This document shows positions 51,113 to 63,684 of a DNA stretch of 64,000 nt, in pieces. Source of the DNA: Mobula hypostoma (Eukaryota); NCBI RefSeq assembly GCF_963921235.1, contig NC_086100.1, positions 199,828,001 to 199,892,000 on the forward strand, read 5' to 3'. The stretch's first letter is position 1; the number at the start of each line of letters is the position of its first letter. The position numbers and the translations under genes are program-made. The notes under the pieces were generated by a model, which worked only from the letters and a program-made list of their open reading frames with translations, was not told the DNA's origin and made no database searches.

Positions 51113-51759
51113 TGTAATGTCCTGGTTAAGATTTCTACTGTTATGCTGTGAGGTATTTAATTTTAGTAGTTTTCTGTAAAAGCAGTGTCTCCTCCTGGTG
51201 GAATGTTCTGGTTTCAGCTAAAGATAAGGGGCCATGTTGTTCAACTTAGGAATGTTGTGTCAGCCAATCAGGATGGTGAGATTGGGAGAAGGTTCTAGAG
51301 TGAGCTGGCCAGAGAGAGATTTATGATGGACAGTGGTGGGGTCATGGATCTTTGGGTGGGAGATGGGAAGAGGAGAGGATCGAGAAGTCGGCCCACAGGA
51401 TTTGATCTGATGGGAAGATGCCATTGCAAGGAGTGCTTTGCGAGATGAAGTCCAAGATGGGAATTTCTACCAGTGATTGGTGATGAGAATTCAGCGCTGT
51501 GAGTAGCAGTTATACCCAGCTTTTGGAAGAGACAAGCTCCAACATGTGCATATTTAAACTGTTCTAATTATAATGGGCCATTTATTTTTCCCCTTTCCTT
51601 TCTTCCTGTTAATAACTGTTTGATAAAGCTGAAATTGGTAAGTATACTTCCTTTATAATTTTGTGCTGGCGCACGATTTGTCATTTCTTGGCGACCAGTA
51701 ATTCTGAATGGACAGTACTTACACAGCATTCGCTCAGACTGAGTGGTGAGAGGCTTACA
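51113..51759 (+). mobile_element. Probable solo LTR (about 650 bp) inside a CR1 fragment
   Basis: TGTAA...TTACA termini, CCAAT box near 51263; no TSD recovered. Confidence 0.55.
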
Positions 51760-53207
51760 AATCATTATTATAGATGACAAACAACAACAGACCCAGCACT
51801 GATCCCTGCAGCATTCAACTAGTCTCAGACCTCCAGTCGGAGAGGGGACCATCTACTGCCATCTCTGGCTAAGACCTAAGTGGAAGGTCTTCAAAAGTGA
51901 ATATTCATGTACAGAGTCTATATGTTCCTGTCAGAATAAAAGGCAAGACTATCAGGTTTAGGGAACCTTGGTTTGTGAGAGATATTGGTGCCCTGGTTAG
52001 GATGAAGAGGTGCAAGGCAGGTAAAGGCAGCAAGGAACAAATGAGGTGCTTGAGGAGTGTGAGAAACTCGAGAAGACTTAAGGAGGAAATGAGGAGGGTG
52101 AAAAGAAGGCATGAGGTTAATCCAGCAGACAAGGGAAGCAATATCCCAAGGGTTTCTACAGATATATTAAATGATAATATATTATTATTCGGCAGTTGAA
52201 TTGGGTACGACTGCGCAAGCGCGTGAAAATCGGACTGTGAGGCAGCGGGAGAGTTTAAAAGCGAGCAGATTGAGAAGGGTCAGTCGTTTCAGCAGTTGAA
52301 TGGGGTACAACCAATATTATTATTCCCACTAATAATAAGTATATCATTTTGGATACCATTGATGGGGACGACCTACCAGGGACAAGTTGCAGTGGTTGTG
52401 TCTCTGGCACCGAGAATGGACCCTCAGCTCAGAAGGGAAGGAGGGAAAAGAGGAGAGCAGTAGTGATTGGGGATTCGATAGTTAGGGGGACAGATGAGAG
52501 GTTCTGTGGAAGAGATCGAGAATCCCGGATGGTCTGTTGCCTCCCTGGTGCCAAGGTCCGTGATCAAGTTCTCAGTATTCTCAAGAGGAAGGGTGAGCAG
52601 CCGGATGTCGTGGTCCATGTAGGGACCAATGATGTGGGTAGGAAGAGTGAGGAGGTCCTGAAAGGTGAGTTTAGGGAGTTAGGCGCCAAGTTAAAGGACA
52701 GGACCTCCAGGATAGCAATCTCAGGATTGCTACCAGTGCCACGTGCAGGCAGGTTTAGAAATAGTAAGATAGCGCAGATCAACACGTGGCTGAAGACATG
52801 GTGCAGGAGGGAGGGCTTCAGATTTATAGATAATTGGGCAGTTTTCCAGGGAAGGTGGGACCTGTTCCGGAGGGATGGTTTACATCTGAACTGGAAGGGG
52901 ACAAATATTCTTGCAGGTAGTTTTGCTAGAGAGGCTCCGGTGGATTTAAACTAGATACAAGGGATGAGGGGAACCAGAGTGTGGGAACAGATGAAGGGGA
53001 GAAGGAAGATAAAGAAAATAGGAAAGTTGTTTGCACCGTTAGTGATAAACAGAGAGTACGATGTGGAAAATTTCTTAAATGCATTTATTTTAATGCTAGG
53101 AGCCTTATAAGAGAGGTGGATAAGCTTAAAGCATGAATTGATACCTGGAAGTATGATGTGGTAGTTATTAGTGAAACATAGTTGCAGGAGGGGTGTGATT
53201 GGCAACT

Positions 53208-53947
53208 AAAGACTAAGGAGCTGGTGGTAGACCTGAGGAGAGCTAAGGTACCGGTGACCCCTGTTTCCATCCAGGGAGCCAGTGTGGACATGGTGGAGGA
53301 TTACAAATACCTGGGGATACGAATTGACAATAAACTGGACTGGTCAAAGAACACTGAGGCTGTCTACAAGAAGGGTCAGAGCCGTCTCTACTTCCGGAGG
53401 AGACTGAGGTCCTTTAACATCTGCCAGACGATGCTGAGGATGTTCTACGAGTCTGTGGTGGTCAGTGCTATCATGGTTGCTGTTGTGTGCTGGGGCAGCA
53501 GGCTGAGGGTAGCAGACACCAACAGAATCAACAAACTCATTCGTAAAGCGAGTGATGTTGTGGGGATGGAACTGGACTCTCTGACTGTGGTGTCTGAAAA
53601 GAGGATGCTGTCCAAGTTGCATGCCATCTTGGACAATGTCTCCCATCCACTACATAATATACTGGTTGGGCACAGGAGTACATTCAGCCAGAGACTCATT
53701 CCACCGAGATGCAACACAGAGCGTCATAGGAAGTCATTCCAGCCTGTGGCCATCAAACTTTACAACTCCTCCCTTGGAGGGTCAGACACCCTGAGCCAAT
53801 AGGCTGGTCCTGGACTTATTTCCTGGCATAATTTACATATTACTATTTAATTATTTATGGTTTTATTACTATTTATTTATGGTGCAACTGTAACAAAAAC
53901 CAATTTCCCCCGGGATCAATAAAGTATGACTATGACTATGACCATGA
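53208..53947 (+). mobile_element. Rex/L2-type LINE 3' end with (TATGAC)n tail
   Basis: KTKELVVD..YKYLG..; interrupts CR1 WQL|NIPG. Confidence 0.9.
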
Positions 53948-54281
53948 ATATTCCCGGATTTCATTGCTTCAGGTGTGATAGAATCTGAGGGACAAGAGAG
54001 GGAGGTGTTGCATTCATTGCTTGTCAGAGAAAATATTACAGCGGTGCTTTGGCAGGATGGATTAGCGGACTCGTCCAGGGAGGCTATTTGGGTGGAATTG
54101 AGGAATGGGAAAGGTGTAGTAATGCTTATAGGGGTGTATTATAGCCACCTAATGGGGAGCAAGAATTGGAGGAGCAAATTTGTAGGGAGATAGCAGATAT
54201 TTGTAGTAAGCACAAGGTTGTGATTGTGGGATATTTTAATTTTCCACACATAGACTGGGAAACCTATACTGTAAAAGGGCC

Positions 54282-54454
54282 ACACATCAAAGTTGCTGGT
54301 TGAACGCAGCAACTTCAGTTAGTCCTGACGAAGGGTCTCGGCCTGAAACGTCGACTGCGCCTCTTCCTATAGATGCTGCTTGGCCTGCTGCGTTCAACCA
54401 GCAACTTTGATGTGTGTTGCTTGAATTTCCAGCATCTGCAGAATTCCTGCTGTT
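54282..54454. mobile_element. Penelope pLTR insertion with 15-bp TSD
   Basis: TSD tactgtaaaagggcc at 54267-54281 and 54455-54469; inverted short arm at the left end. Confidence 0.88.
54321..54356 (+). ncRNA. Minimal hammerhead ribozyme (intact core)
   Basis: agtc-CTGACGA-agg gtctcgg cct-GAA-ACGT-C-gact: stem I agtc/gact, stem II agg/cct, palindromic ACGT stem III, GUC site. Confidence 0.8.
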
Positions 54455-55010
54455 TACTGTAAAAGGGCCGGATGGTTTGGAGTTTGTAAAATGTGTGTAG
54501 GATAGTTTTTTGCAGCAATACATAGAGGCACTAACTGGAGAAGGGGCAGTGCTGGATCTCCTGCAACTTTTATGTGTGTTGCTTGAAATTCCAGCATCTG
54601 CAGATTTCCTCGTGTTTGCGAACTAGAGAAGGGGCAGTATTGGATCTCCTGTTAGGGAATGAGATAGGTCAGGTGACGGAGGTTTGTGTTGGGGAGCACT
54701 TTGGGTCCAGTGATCACAATGCCATTAGTTTCAATACAATTATGGAGAAGGATAGGTCTGGACCCAGGGTTGAGATTTTTGATTGGAGAAAGGCTAACTT
54801 TAAGGAGATGCGAAAGGACTTAGAAGGAGCAGATTGGAACAATTTGTTTTATGGGAAGGATGTAATAGAGAAATGGAGGTCATTTAAAGGTAAAGTTCTG
54901 ACGGTACAGAATCTTTATGTTCCTGTTAGGTTGAAAGGAAAGGTTAAAAGTTTGAGAGGGCCATGGCTTTCAAGGGAAATTGGAAACTTGGTTGGGAAAA
55001 AGAGAGATAT

Positions 55011-55480
55011 TTAGATTATTAGATTAGATTATGAGGACACACAGTCCTCTTTTATTGTCATTTAGTAATGCATGCATTAAGAAATGATACAATATTCCTC
55101 CGGTGTGATATCACAAAAACACAGGGCAGACCAAGATTGAAAAACTAACAAAACCATATAATTATAACATACAGTTACAACAGTGTAACAATACCATAAC
55201 TTGATGAAGAACAATCCATGGCACAGTAAAAAAGTTCAAAGTTTCTTGAAAATCCCACATCTCACCCAGACGGGAGAAAGAAGAAAACCCTCCCTGCCAT
55301 GCCCGACCACAGTCTGACTCCAAGTCGTCCGAAAACCTTGAGCTCTGATCAGCCCTCCGACACCGAGTACCGAGCACCATCTCTATCCGAATGCTTCGAC
55401 CTCAGCCTCGGATGCCAGCAGCAGGCAAAGTCGGGGATTTTGGGGCCTACCCTCTGGAGATTCTCGATCACACGGATCGG
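55011..55480 (-). mobile_element. Non-coding retroelement with (TCTAA)n tail (other copies 17860-17977 and 42266-42605)
   Basis: Three copies share the 3' end gcatgcattactaaatgacaataaaagaggactg..cataatctaa and are variably 5'-truncated. Confidence 0.75.
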
Positions 55481-55875
55481 ATAGATGTCTACAATAAATA
55501 TAGGCAGCATGGAGTAAGTGAGGTGCTCGAGGAATATAAAGAATGTAAAAAGAATCTTAAGAAAGAAATTAGAAAAGCTAAAAGAAGATACGAGGCTGCT
55601 TTGGCAAGTAAGGTGAAAATAAATCCAAAAGGTTTCTACAGTTATATTAATAGCAAAAGGATAGTGAGGGATAAAATTGGTCCCTTAGAGAATCAGAGTG
55701 GACAGCTATGGGTGGAGCCAAAAGAGATGGGGAGATTTTGAACGATTTCTTTTCTTCGGTATTCACAAAAGAGAAGGATATTGAATTGTGTAAGGTAAGG
55801 GAAACAGGTAGGGAAGTTATGGAAACTATGATGATTAAAGAAGAGTTTGTACTGGCGCTTTCAAGGAATATTAAT

Positions 55876-57672
55876 AGAAACATAGAAACATAGAAAATAG
55901 GTGCAGGAGTAGGCCATTCGGCCCTTCGAGCCTGCACCGCCATTTATTATGATCATGGCTGATCATCCAACTCAGAACCCAGCCTTCCCTCCATACCCCC
56001 TGACCCCTGTAGCGACATGGGCCATATCTAACTTCCTTTTAAACATAGCTAATGAACTGGCCTCAACAGTTTGCTGTGGCAGAGAATTCCACAGATTCAC
56101 CACACTCTGTGTGAAGAAGTTTTTCCTAACCTCGGTCCTAAAAGGCTTCCCCTCTATCCTCAAACTGTGACCCCTCGTTCTAGACCTCCCCAACATCAGG
56201 AACAATCTTCCCGCATCTAGCCTGTCCAATCCCTTTAGGATCTTATACGTTTCAATCAGATCCCCCCTCAATCTTCTAAATTCCAACGAGTACAAGCCCA
56301 GTTCATCCAGTCTTTCTTCATATGAAAGACCTGCCATCCCAGGAATCAATCTGGTGAACCTTCTTTGTACTCCCTCTATGGCAAAGATGTCTTTCCTCAG
56401 ATTAGGGGACCAAAACTGCACACAATACTCCAGGTGTGGTCTCACCAAGGCCTTGTACAACTGCAGTAGTACCTCCCTGCTCCTGTACTCGAATCCTCTC
56501 GCTATAAATGCCAGCATACCGTTCGCCTTTTTCACCGCCTGCTGTACCTGCATGCCCACTTTCAATGACTGGTGTATAATGACACCCAGGTCTCGTTGCA
56601 CCTCCCCTTTTCCTAATCGGCCACCATTCAGATAATAATCTGTTTTCCTATTTTTGCCACCAAAGTGGATAACTTCACATTTATCCACATTAAATTGCAT
56701 CTGCCATGAGTTTGCCCACTCACCCAACCTATCCAAGTCACCCTGCATCCTCTTAGCATCCTCCTCACTGCTAACACTGCCACCCAGCTTTGTGTCATCC
56801 GCAAACTTGGAGATGCTGCATTTAATTCCCTCATCCAAGTCATTAATATATATTGTAAACAACTGGGGTCCCAGCACTGAGCCTTGCGGTACCCCACTAG
56901 TCACCGCCTGCCATTCTGAAAAGGTCCCGTTTATTCCCACTCTTTGCTTCCTGTCTGCTAACCAATTCTCCACCCACACCAATACCTTACCCCCAATACC
57001 GTGTGCTTTAAGTTTGCACACTAATCTCCTATGTGGGACCTTGTCAAAAGCCTTTTGAAAATCCAAATATACCACATCCACTGGTTCTCCCCTATCCACT
57101 CTACTAGTTACATCCTCAAAAAATTCTATGAGATTCGTCAGACATGATTTTCCTTTCACAAATCCATGCTGACTTTGTCCGATCATTTCACCGCTTTCCA
57201 AATGTGCTGTTATCACATCCTTGATAACTGACTCCAGCAGTTTCCCCACCACCGACGTTAGGCTAACCGGCCTATAATTCCCCGGTTTCTCTCTCCCTCC
57301 TTTTTTAAAAAGTGGGGTTACATTAGCCACCCTCCAATCCTCAGGAACTAGTCCAGAATCTAACGAGTTTTGAAAAATTATCACTAATGCATCCACTATT
57401 TCTTGGGCCACTTCCTTAAGCACTCTGGGATGCAGACCATCTGGCCCTGGGGATTTATCTGCCTTCAATCCCTTCAATTTACCTAACACCACTTCCCTAC
57501 TAACATGTATTTCGCTCAGTTCCTCCATCTCACTGGACCCTCTGTCCCTTACTATTTCTGGAAGATTATTTATGTCCTCCTTAGTGAAGACAGAACCAAA
57601 GTAATTATTCAATTGGTCTGCCATGTCCTTGCTCCCCATAATCAATTCACCTGTTTCTGTTTGCAGGGGACC
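55876..57672 (-). mobile_element. Young 5'-truncated CR1 with uninterrupted RT frame
   Basis: Open frame through KFADDTK to GGKAGF; tail (CATAGAAA)n; attaa on both flanks. Confidence 0.96.
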
Positions 57673-58921
57673 ATTAAAGTGGATAAGTCTCCGGGTCCTG
57701 ACAGGATATTCCCTAGGACCTTGAGGGAAGTTAGTGTAGAAATAGCAGGGGCTCTGACAGAAATATTTCAAATGTTATTAGAAACGGGGATGGTGCTGGA
57801 GGATTGGTGTATTGTTCATGTTTTTCCATTGTTTGAAAAGGGTTCTAAGGATAAACCTGGCAATTATCAGCCTGTGAGTTTGACATCAGTGGCGGGTAAA
57901 TTGATGGAAAGTATTCTTAGAGATGGTATATATAATTATCTGGATAGACAGGGTCTGATCATGAACAGTCAACATAGATTTGTGCGTGGAAGGTCATGTT
58001 TGACAAAACTTATTGAATTTTTTGAAGAGGTTACTAGGAAAGTTGATGAGGGTAAAGTGGTGGATGTTGTCCATATGGACTTCAGTAAGGCCTTTGACAA
58101 GGTTCCACATGGATGGTTAGTTAGTAAGGTTCAATTGTTAGGTATTAATATTGAAGTAGTAAAATGGATTCAACAGTGGCTGGATGGGAGATGCCAGAGA
58201 GTGATGGTGGATAATTGTTTGTCAGATTGGAGGCCGGTAACTAGTGGTGTGCCTCAGGGATCTGTACTGGGTCCAATGTTGTTTGTCATATACGTTAATG
58301 ATCTGGATGATGGGTTGTAAATTGGATGAGTAAGTATGTAGTTGATACTAAGATAGGTGGAGTTGTGGATAATGAAGTAGGTTTTCAAAGCTTGCAGAGA
58401 GATTGAGGCCAGTTAGAAGAGTGGACTGAAAGATGGCAAATGGAGTTTAATGCTGATAAATATGAGGTGCTACATTTTGGTAGGACTAATCAAAATGGAA
58501 CATACATGGTAAATGGTAGGGCATTGAAGAATGCAGTAGAACAGAGGGATCTACGAGTAATGGTGTATAGCTCCCTGAAGGTGGAGTCTCATGTGGACAT
58601 GGTGGTGAAGAAAGCTTTTGGTATGCTGGCCTTTATAAATCATAGCATTGAGTACAGGAGTTGGGATGTAATGTTAAAATTGTACAAGGCATTGGTAAGG
58701 CCAAACTTGGAGTATTGTGTACAGTTCTGGTCACCGAATTATAGGAAAGATGTGGACAAAATAGAGAGAGTACAGAGAAGGTTTACGAGTATGTTACCTG
58801 GGTTTCATCACCTAAGTTACAGAGAAAGGTTGAACAAGTTGGGTCTTTATTCTTTGAAGCATAGAAGGTTGAGGGCATCTTGATAGAGGTATTTAAAATT
58901 ATGAGGGGTATAGATAGAGTT

Positions 58922-60795
58922 AGAAACATAGAAACATAGAAAATAGGTGCAGGAGTAGGCCATTCGGCCCTTCGAGCCTGCACCGCCATTTATTATGATC
59001 ATGGCTGATCATCCAACTCAGAACCCAGCCTTCCCTCCATACCCCCTGACCCCTGTAGCCACAAGGGCCATATCTAACTCCCTCTTAAACATAGCCAATG
59101 AACTGGCCTCAACAGTTTGCTGTGGCAGAGAATTCCACAGATTCACCACTCTCTGTGTGAAGAAGTTTTTCCTAATCTCGGTCCTAAAAGGCTTCCCCTC
59201 TATCCTCAAACTGTGACCCCTCGTTCTGGACCTCCCCAACATCGGGAACAATCTTCCCGCATCTAGCCTGTCCAATCCCTTTCGGATCTTATACGTTTTA
59301 ATCAGATCCCCCCTCAATCTTCTAAATTCCAACGAGTACAAGCCCAGTTCATCCAGTCTTTCTTCATATGAAAGACCTGCCATCCCAGGAATCAATCTGG
59401 TGAACCTTCTTTGTACTCCCTCTATGGCAAAGATGTCTTTCCTCAGATTAGGGGACCAAAACTGCACACAATACTCCAGGTGTGGTCTCACCAAGGCCTT
59501 GTACAACTGCAGTAGTACCTCCCTGCTCCTGTACTCGAATCCTCTCGCTATAAATGCCAGCATACCGTTCACCTTTTTCACCGCCTGCTGTACCTGCAAG
59601 CCCACTTTCAATGACTGGTGTATAATGACACCCAGATCTCGTTGCACCTCCCTTTTTCCTAATCGGCCACCATTCAGATAATAATCTGTTTTCCTATTTT
59701 TGCCACCAAAGTGGATAACTTCACATTTATCCACATTAAATTGCATCTGCCATGAGTTTGCCCACTCACCCAACCTATCCAAGTCACCCTGCATCCTCTT
59801 AGCATCCTCCTCACTGCTAACACTGCCACCCAGCTTCGTGTCATCCGCAAACTTGGAGATGCTGCATTTAATTCCCTCATCCAAGTCATTAATATATATT
59901 GTAAACAACTGGGGTCCCAGCACTGAGCCTTGCGGTACCCCACTAGTCACCGCCTGCCATTCTGAAAAGGTCCCGTTTATTCCCACTCTTTGCTTCCTAT
60001 CTGCTAACCAATTCTCCACCCACACCAATACCTTACCCCCAATACCGTGTGCTTTAAGTTTGCACACTAATCTCCTGTGTGGGACCTTGTCAAAAGCCTT
60101 TTGAAAATCCAAATATACCACATCCACTGGTTCTCCCCTATCCTCTCTACTAGTTACATCCTCAAAAAATTCTATGAGATTCGTCAGACATGATTTTCCT
60201 TTCACAAATCCATGCTGACTTTGTCCGATCATTTCACCGCTTTCCAAATGTGCTGTTATCACATCCTTGATAACTGACTCCAGCAGTTTCCCCACCACCG
60301 ACGTTAGGCTAACCGGCCTATAATTCCCCGGTTTCTCTCTCCCTCCTTTTTTAAAAAGTGGGGTTACATTAGCCACCCTCCAATCCTCAAGAACTAGTCC
60401 AGAATCTAACGAGTTTTGAAAAATTATCACTAATGCATCCACTATTTCTTGGGCTACTTCCTTAAGCACTCTAGGATGCAGACCATCTGGCCCTGGGGAT
60501 TTATCTGCCTTCAATCCCTTCAATTTACCTAACACCACTTCCCTACTAACATGTATTTCACTCAGTTCCTCCATCTCACTGGACCCTCTGTCCCTTACTA
60601 TTTCTGGAAGATTATTTATGTTCTCCTTAGTGAAGACAGAACCAAAGTAATTATTCAATTGGTCTGCCATGTCCTTGCTCCCCATAATCAATTCACCTGT
60701 TTCTGTCTGCAGGGGACCTACATTTGTCTTTACCAGTCTTTTCCTTTTTACATATCTATAAAAGCTTTTACAGTCCGTGTTTATGTTCTCTGCCA
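58922..60795 (-). mobile_element. Young 5'-truncated CR1 with uninterrupted RT frame
   Basis: ORF 59018-60841, nearly identical to the 55876 copy. Confidence 0.96.
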
Positions 60796-61649
60796 GACGT
60801 GGATAGGCTTTTTCCGTTGATAGTAGGGGAGATTCAAACAAGAGGACATGAGTTGAGAGTTAGGGGGCAAAAGTTTAGGGGTAACATGAGGGGGAACTTT
60901 TTTACTCAGAGAGTGGTAGCTGTGTGGAACGAGCTTCCAGCAGAAGTGGTAGAGGCAGGTTCGATATTGTCAATTAAAGTAAAATTGGATAGGTACATGG
61001 ACAGGAAAGGAATGGAGGGTTATGGGCTGAGTGCAAGACAGTGGGACTAGGTGAGAGTAAGCGTTCAGCACAGACTAGAAGGGCCGAGATGGCCTGTTTA
61101 CGTGCTGTAATTGTTATATGTTATATGGTTATATGATAACGTGGACAAAATTGGTCCTCTGGAAGATCAGTGTAGTCGTCCATACATGGAGATGAAAGAG
61201 ATGGAGGAATCTTAAATGGACTTTTTGCATTTGTATTCACTCAGGAGATCATCACAGAGCCTATAGAAGTGAGGCAAAAAAGGAGTGAGCTCATGGACCT
61301 TATCTGAATTACGTAAGAGTTATGATTGGTGCCTTGAGGCAAATTGTGGTGGATACATCTCCAATCTGACAAACAGTTATCCACCACCACTCTCTGGCGT
61401 CTCCCATCCAGCCACTACTGAATCCATTTTACTACTTCAATATTAATACCGAACGATTGAACCTTCCTAACGAACCATCCATGTGGAACCTTGTCAAAGG
61501 CCTTGCTGAAGTCCATATAGACACTTCAAGTCTTGTGGCACGTCAGTGCAGAGAGACTGCAGGGGCATACATACATTATGAATATTGGAAGGTTTTCTAA
61601 GGGACAGGGTAGGTAAGCATTTAGATAGACAAGGTCCAGGTAGGAATAT

Positions 61650-61954
61650 TCAAGCAACACACATCAAAGTTGCTGGTGAACACAGCAGGCCAGGCAGCAT
61701 CTGTAGGAAGAGGTACAGTCGACGTTTCAGGCCGAGACCCTTCGTCAGGACTAACTGAAGGAAGAGTTAGTAAGAGATTTGAAAGTGGGAGGGGAAGGGG
61801 GAGATCCAAAATGATAGGAGAAGACAGGAGGGGGAGGGATGGAGCCAAGAGCTGGACAGGTGATTGGCAAAGGGGATATTAGAGGATCATGGGACAGGAG
61901 GTCCGGGAAGAAAGACAAGGGGGGGGGAACCCAGAGGATGGGCAAGGGGTATAG
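61650..61954 (-). mobile_element. Penelope pLTR and adjoining purine/pyrimidine-biased region
   Basis: Same pLTR as 54282-54454; the region continues at 63425-63670. Confidence 0.82.
61717..61752 (-). ncRNA. Minimal hammerhead ribozyme (intact core)
   Basis: Reverse complement is agtcCTGACGAagggtctcggcctGAAAcgtcgact, identical to 54321-54356. Confidence 0.8.
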
Positions 61955-63428
61955 AAACATAGCAACATAGAAATAGGTGCAGGAGTAGGCCATTCGGCCC
62001 TTCGAGCCTGCACCGCCATTTATTATGATCATGGCTGATCATCCAACTCAGAACCCCGCCCCAGCCTTCCCTCCATACCCCCTGACCCCCGTAGCCACAA
62101 GGGCCATATCTAACTCCCTCTTAAATATAGCCAATGAACTGGCCTCAACAGTTTGCTGTGGCAGAGAATTCCACAGATTCACCACTCTCTGTGTGAAGAA
62201 GTTTTTCCTAATCTCGGTCCTAAAAGGCTTCCCCTCTATCCTCAAACTGTGACCCCTCGTTCTGGACTTCCCCAACATCGGGAACAATCTTCCTGTATCT
62301 AGCCTGTCCAATCCCTTTAGGATCTTATACGTTTCAATCAGATCCCCCCTCAATCTTCTAAATTCCAACGAGTACAAGCCCAATTCATCCAGTCTTTCTT
62401 CATATGAAAGTCCTGCCATCCCAGGAATCAATCTGGTGAACCTTCTTTGTACTCCCTCTATGGCAAAGATGTCTTTCCTCAGATTAGGGGACCAAAACTG
62501 CACACAATACTCCAGGTGTGGTCTCACCAAGGCCTTGTACAACTGCAGTAGTACCTCCCTGCTCCTATACTCGAATCCTCTCGCTATAAATGCCAGCATA
62601 CCATTTGCGTTTATCACCGCCTGCTGTACCTGCATGCCCACTTTCAATAACCGGTGTATAATGACACCCAGATCTCGTTGCACCTCCCCTTTTCCTAATC
62701 GGCCACCATTCAGATAATAATCTGTTTTCCTATTTTTGCCACCAAAGTGGATAACTTCACATTTATCCACATTAAATTGCATCTGCCATGAGTTTGCCCA
62801 CTCACCCAACCTATCCAAGTCACCCTGCATCCTCTTAGTATCCTCCTCACTGCTAACACTGCCACCCAGCTTCGTGTCATCCGCAAACTTGGAGATGCTG
62901 CATTTAATTCCCTCATCCAAGTCATTAATATATATTGTAAACAACTGGGGTCCCAGCACTGAGCCTTGCGGTACCCCACTAGTCACCGCCTGCCATTCTG
63001 AAAAGGTCCCGTTTATTCCCACTCTTTGCTTCCTATCTGCTAACCAATTCTCCACCCACACCAATACCTTACCCCCAATACCGTGTGCTTTAAGTTTGCA
63101 CACTAATCTCCTGTGTGGGACCTTGTCAAAAGCCTTTTGAAAATCCAAATATACCACATCCACTGGTTCTCCTCTATCCACTCTACTAGTTACATCCTCA
63201 AAAAATTCTATGAGATTCGTCAGACATGATTTTCCTTTCACAAATCCATGCTGACTTTGTCCGATCATTTCACCGCTTTCCAAATGTGCTGTTATCACAT
63301 CCTTGATAACTGACTCCAGCAGTTTCCCCACCACCGACGTTAGGCTAACCGGTCTATAATTCCCCGGTTTCTCTCTCCCTCCTTTTTTAAAAAGTGGGGT
63401 TACATTAGCCACCCTCCAATCCTCAGGA
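61952..63428 (-). mobile_element. Young 5'-truncated CR1 with uninterrupted RT frame
   Basis: PEDWRVANV to GGKAGAGF is open; 3' tail at 61952-61975. Confidence 0.96.
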
Positions 63429-63684
63429 AGAGTTAGTAAGAGATTTGAAAGTGGGAGGGGGAGGGGGAGATCTGAAATGATAGGAGAAGACAGGAGGGGG
63501 AGGGATGGAGCCAAGAGCTGGACAGGTGATTGGCAAAAGGGATAGGAGAGGATCATGGGACAGGAGGCCCAGGGAGAAAGACGGCGGGGGGGGGGAACAG
63601 AGGATGGGCAAGGGGTATAGTCAGAGAGACAGAGGGGGAGAAAGGAGAGAGAGAGAAAGAATGTGTGTAGAAAGAGAGTGAGAG

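Larger units (their letters stand above)
52195..61136 (+). mobile_element. Host CR1 (ORF1 esterase, APE, RT, 3' tail) split by six nested insertions
   Basis: Segments rejoin in order: ORF1 52349-52954, APE, DKSPGPD at 57680, RT, 3' end 60796-61136 with gttatatg tail. Confidence 0.92.

Noticed and set aside
53182..53802. 206-aa ORF as a host gene
   Set aside because: Rex/L2-type LINE C-terminus fused to a few CR1 codons; a second copy is at 49713-50274.
55972..60841. 599-aa, 607-aa and 271-aa ORFs as complete proteins
   Set aside because: These are 5'-truncated CR1 ORF2 pieces; their N-termini are read-through from the antisense neighbouring element and they lack the endonuclease.
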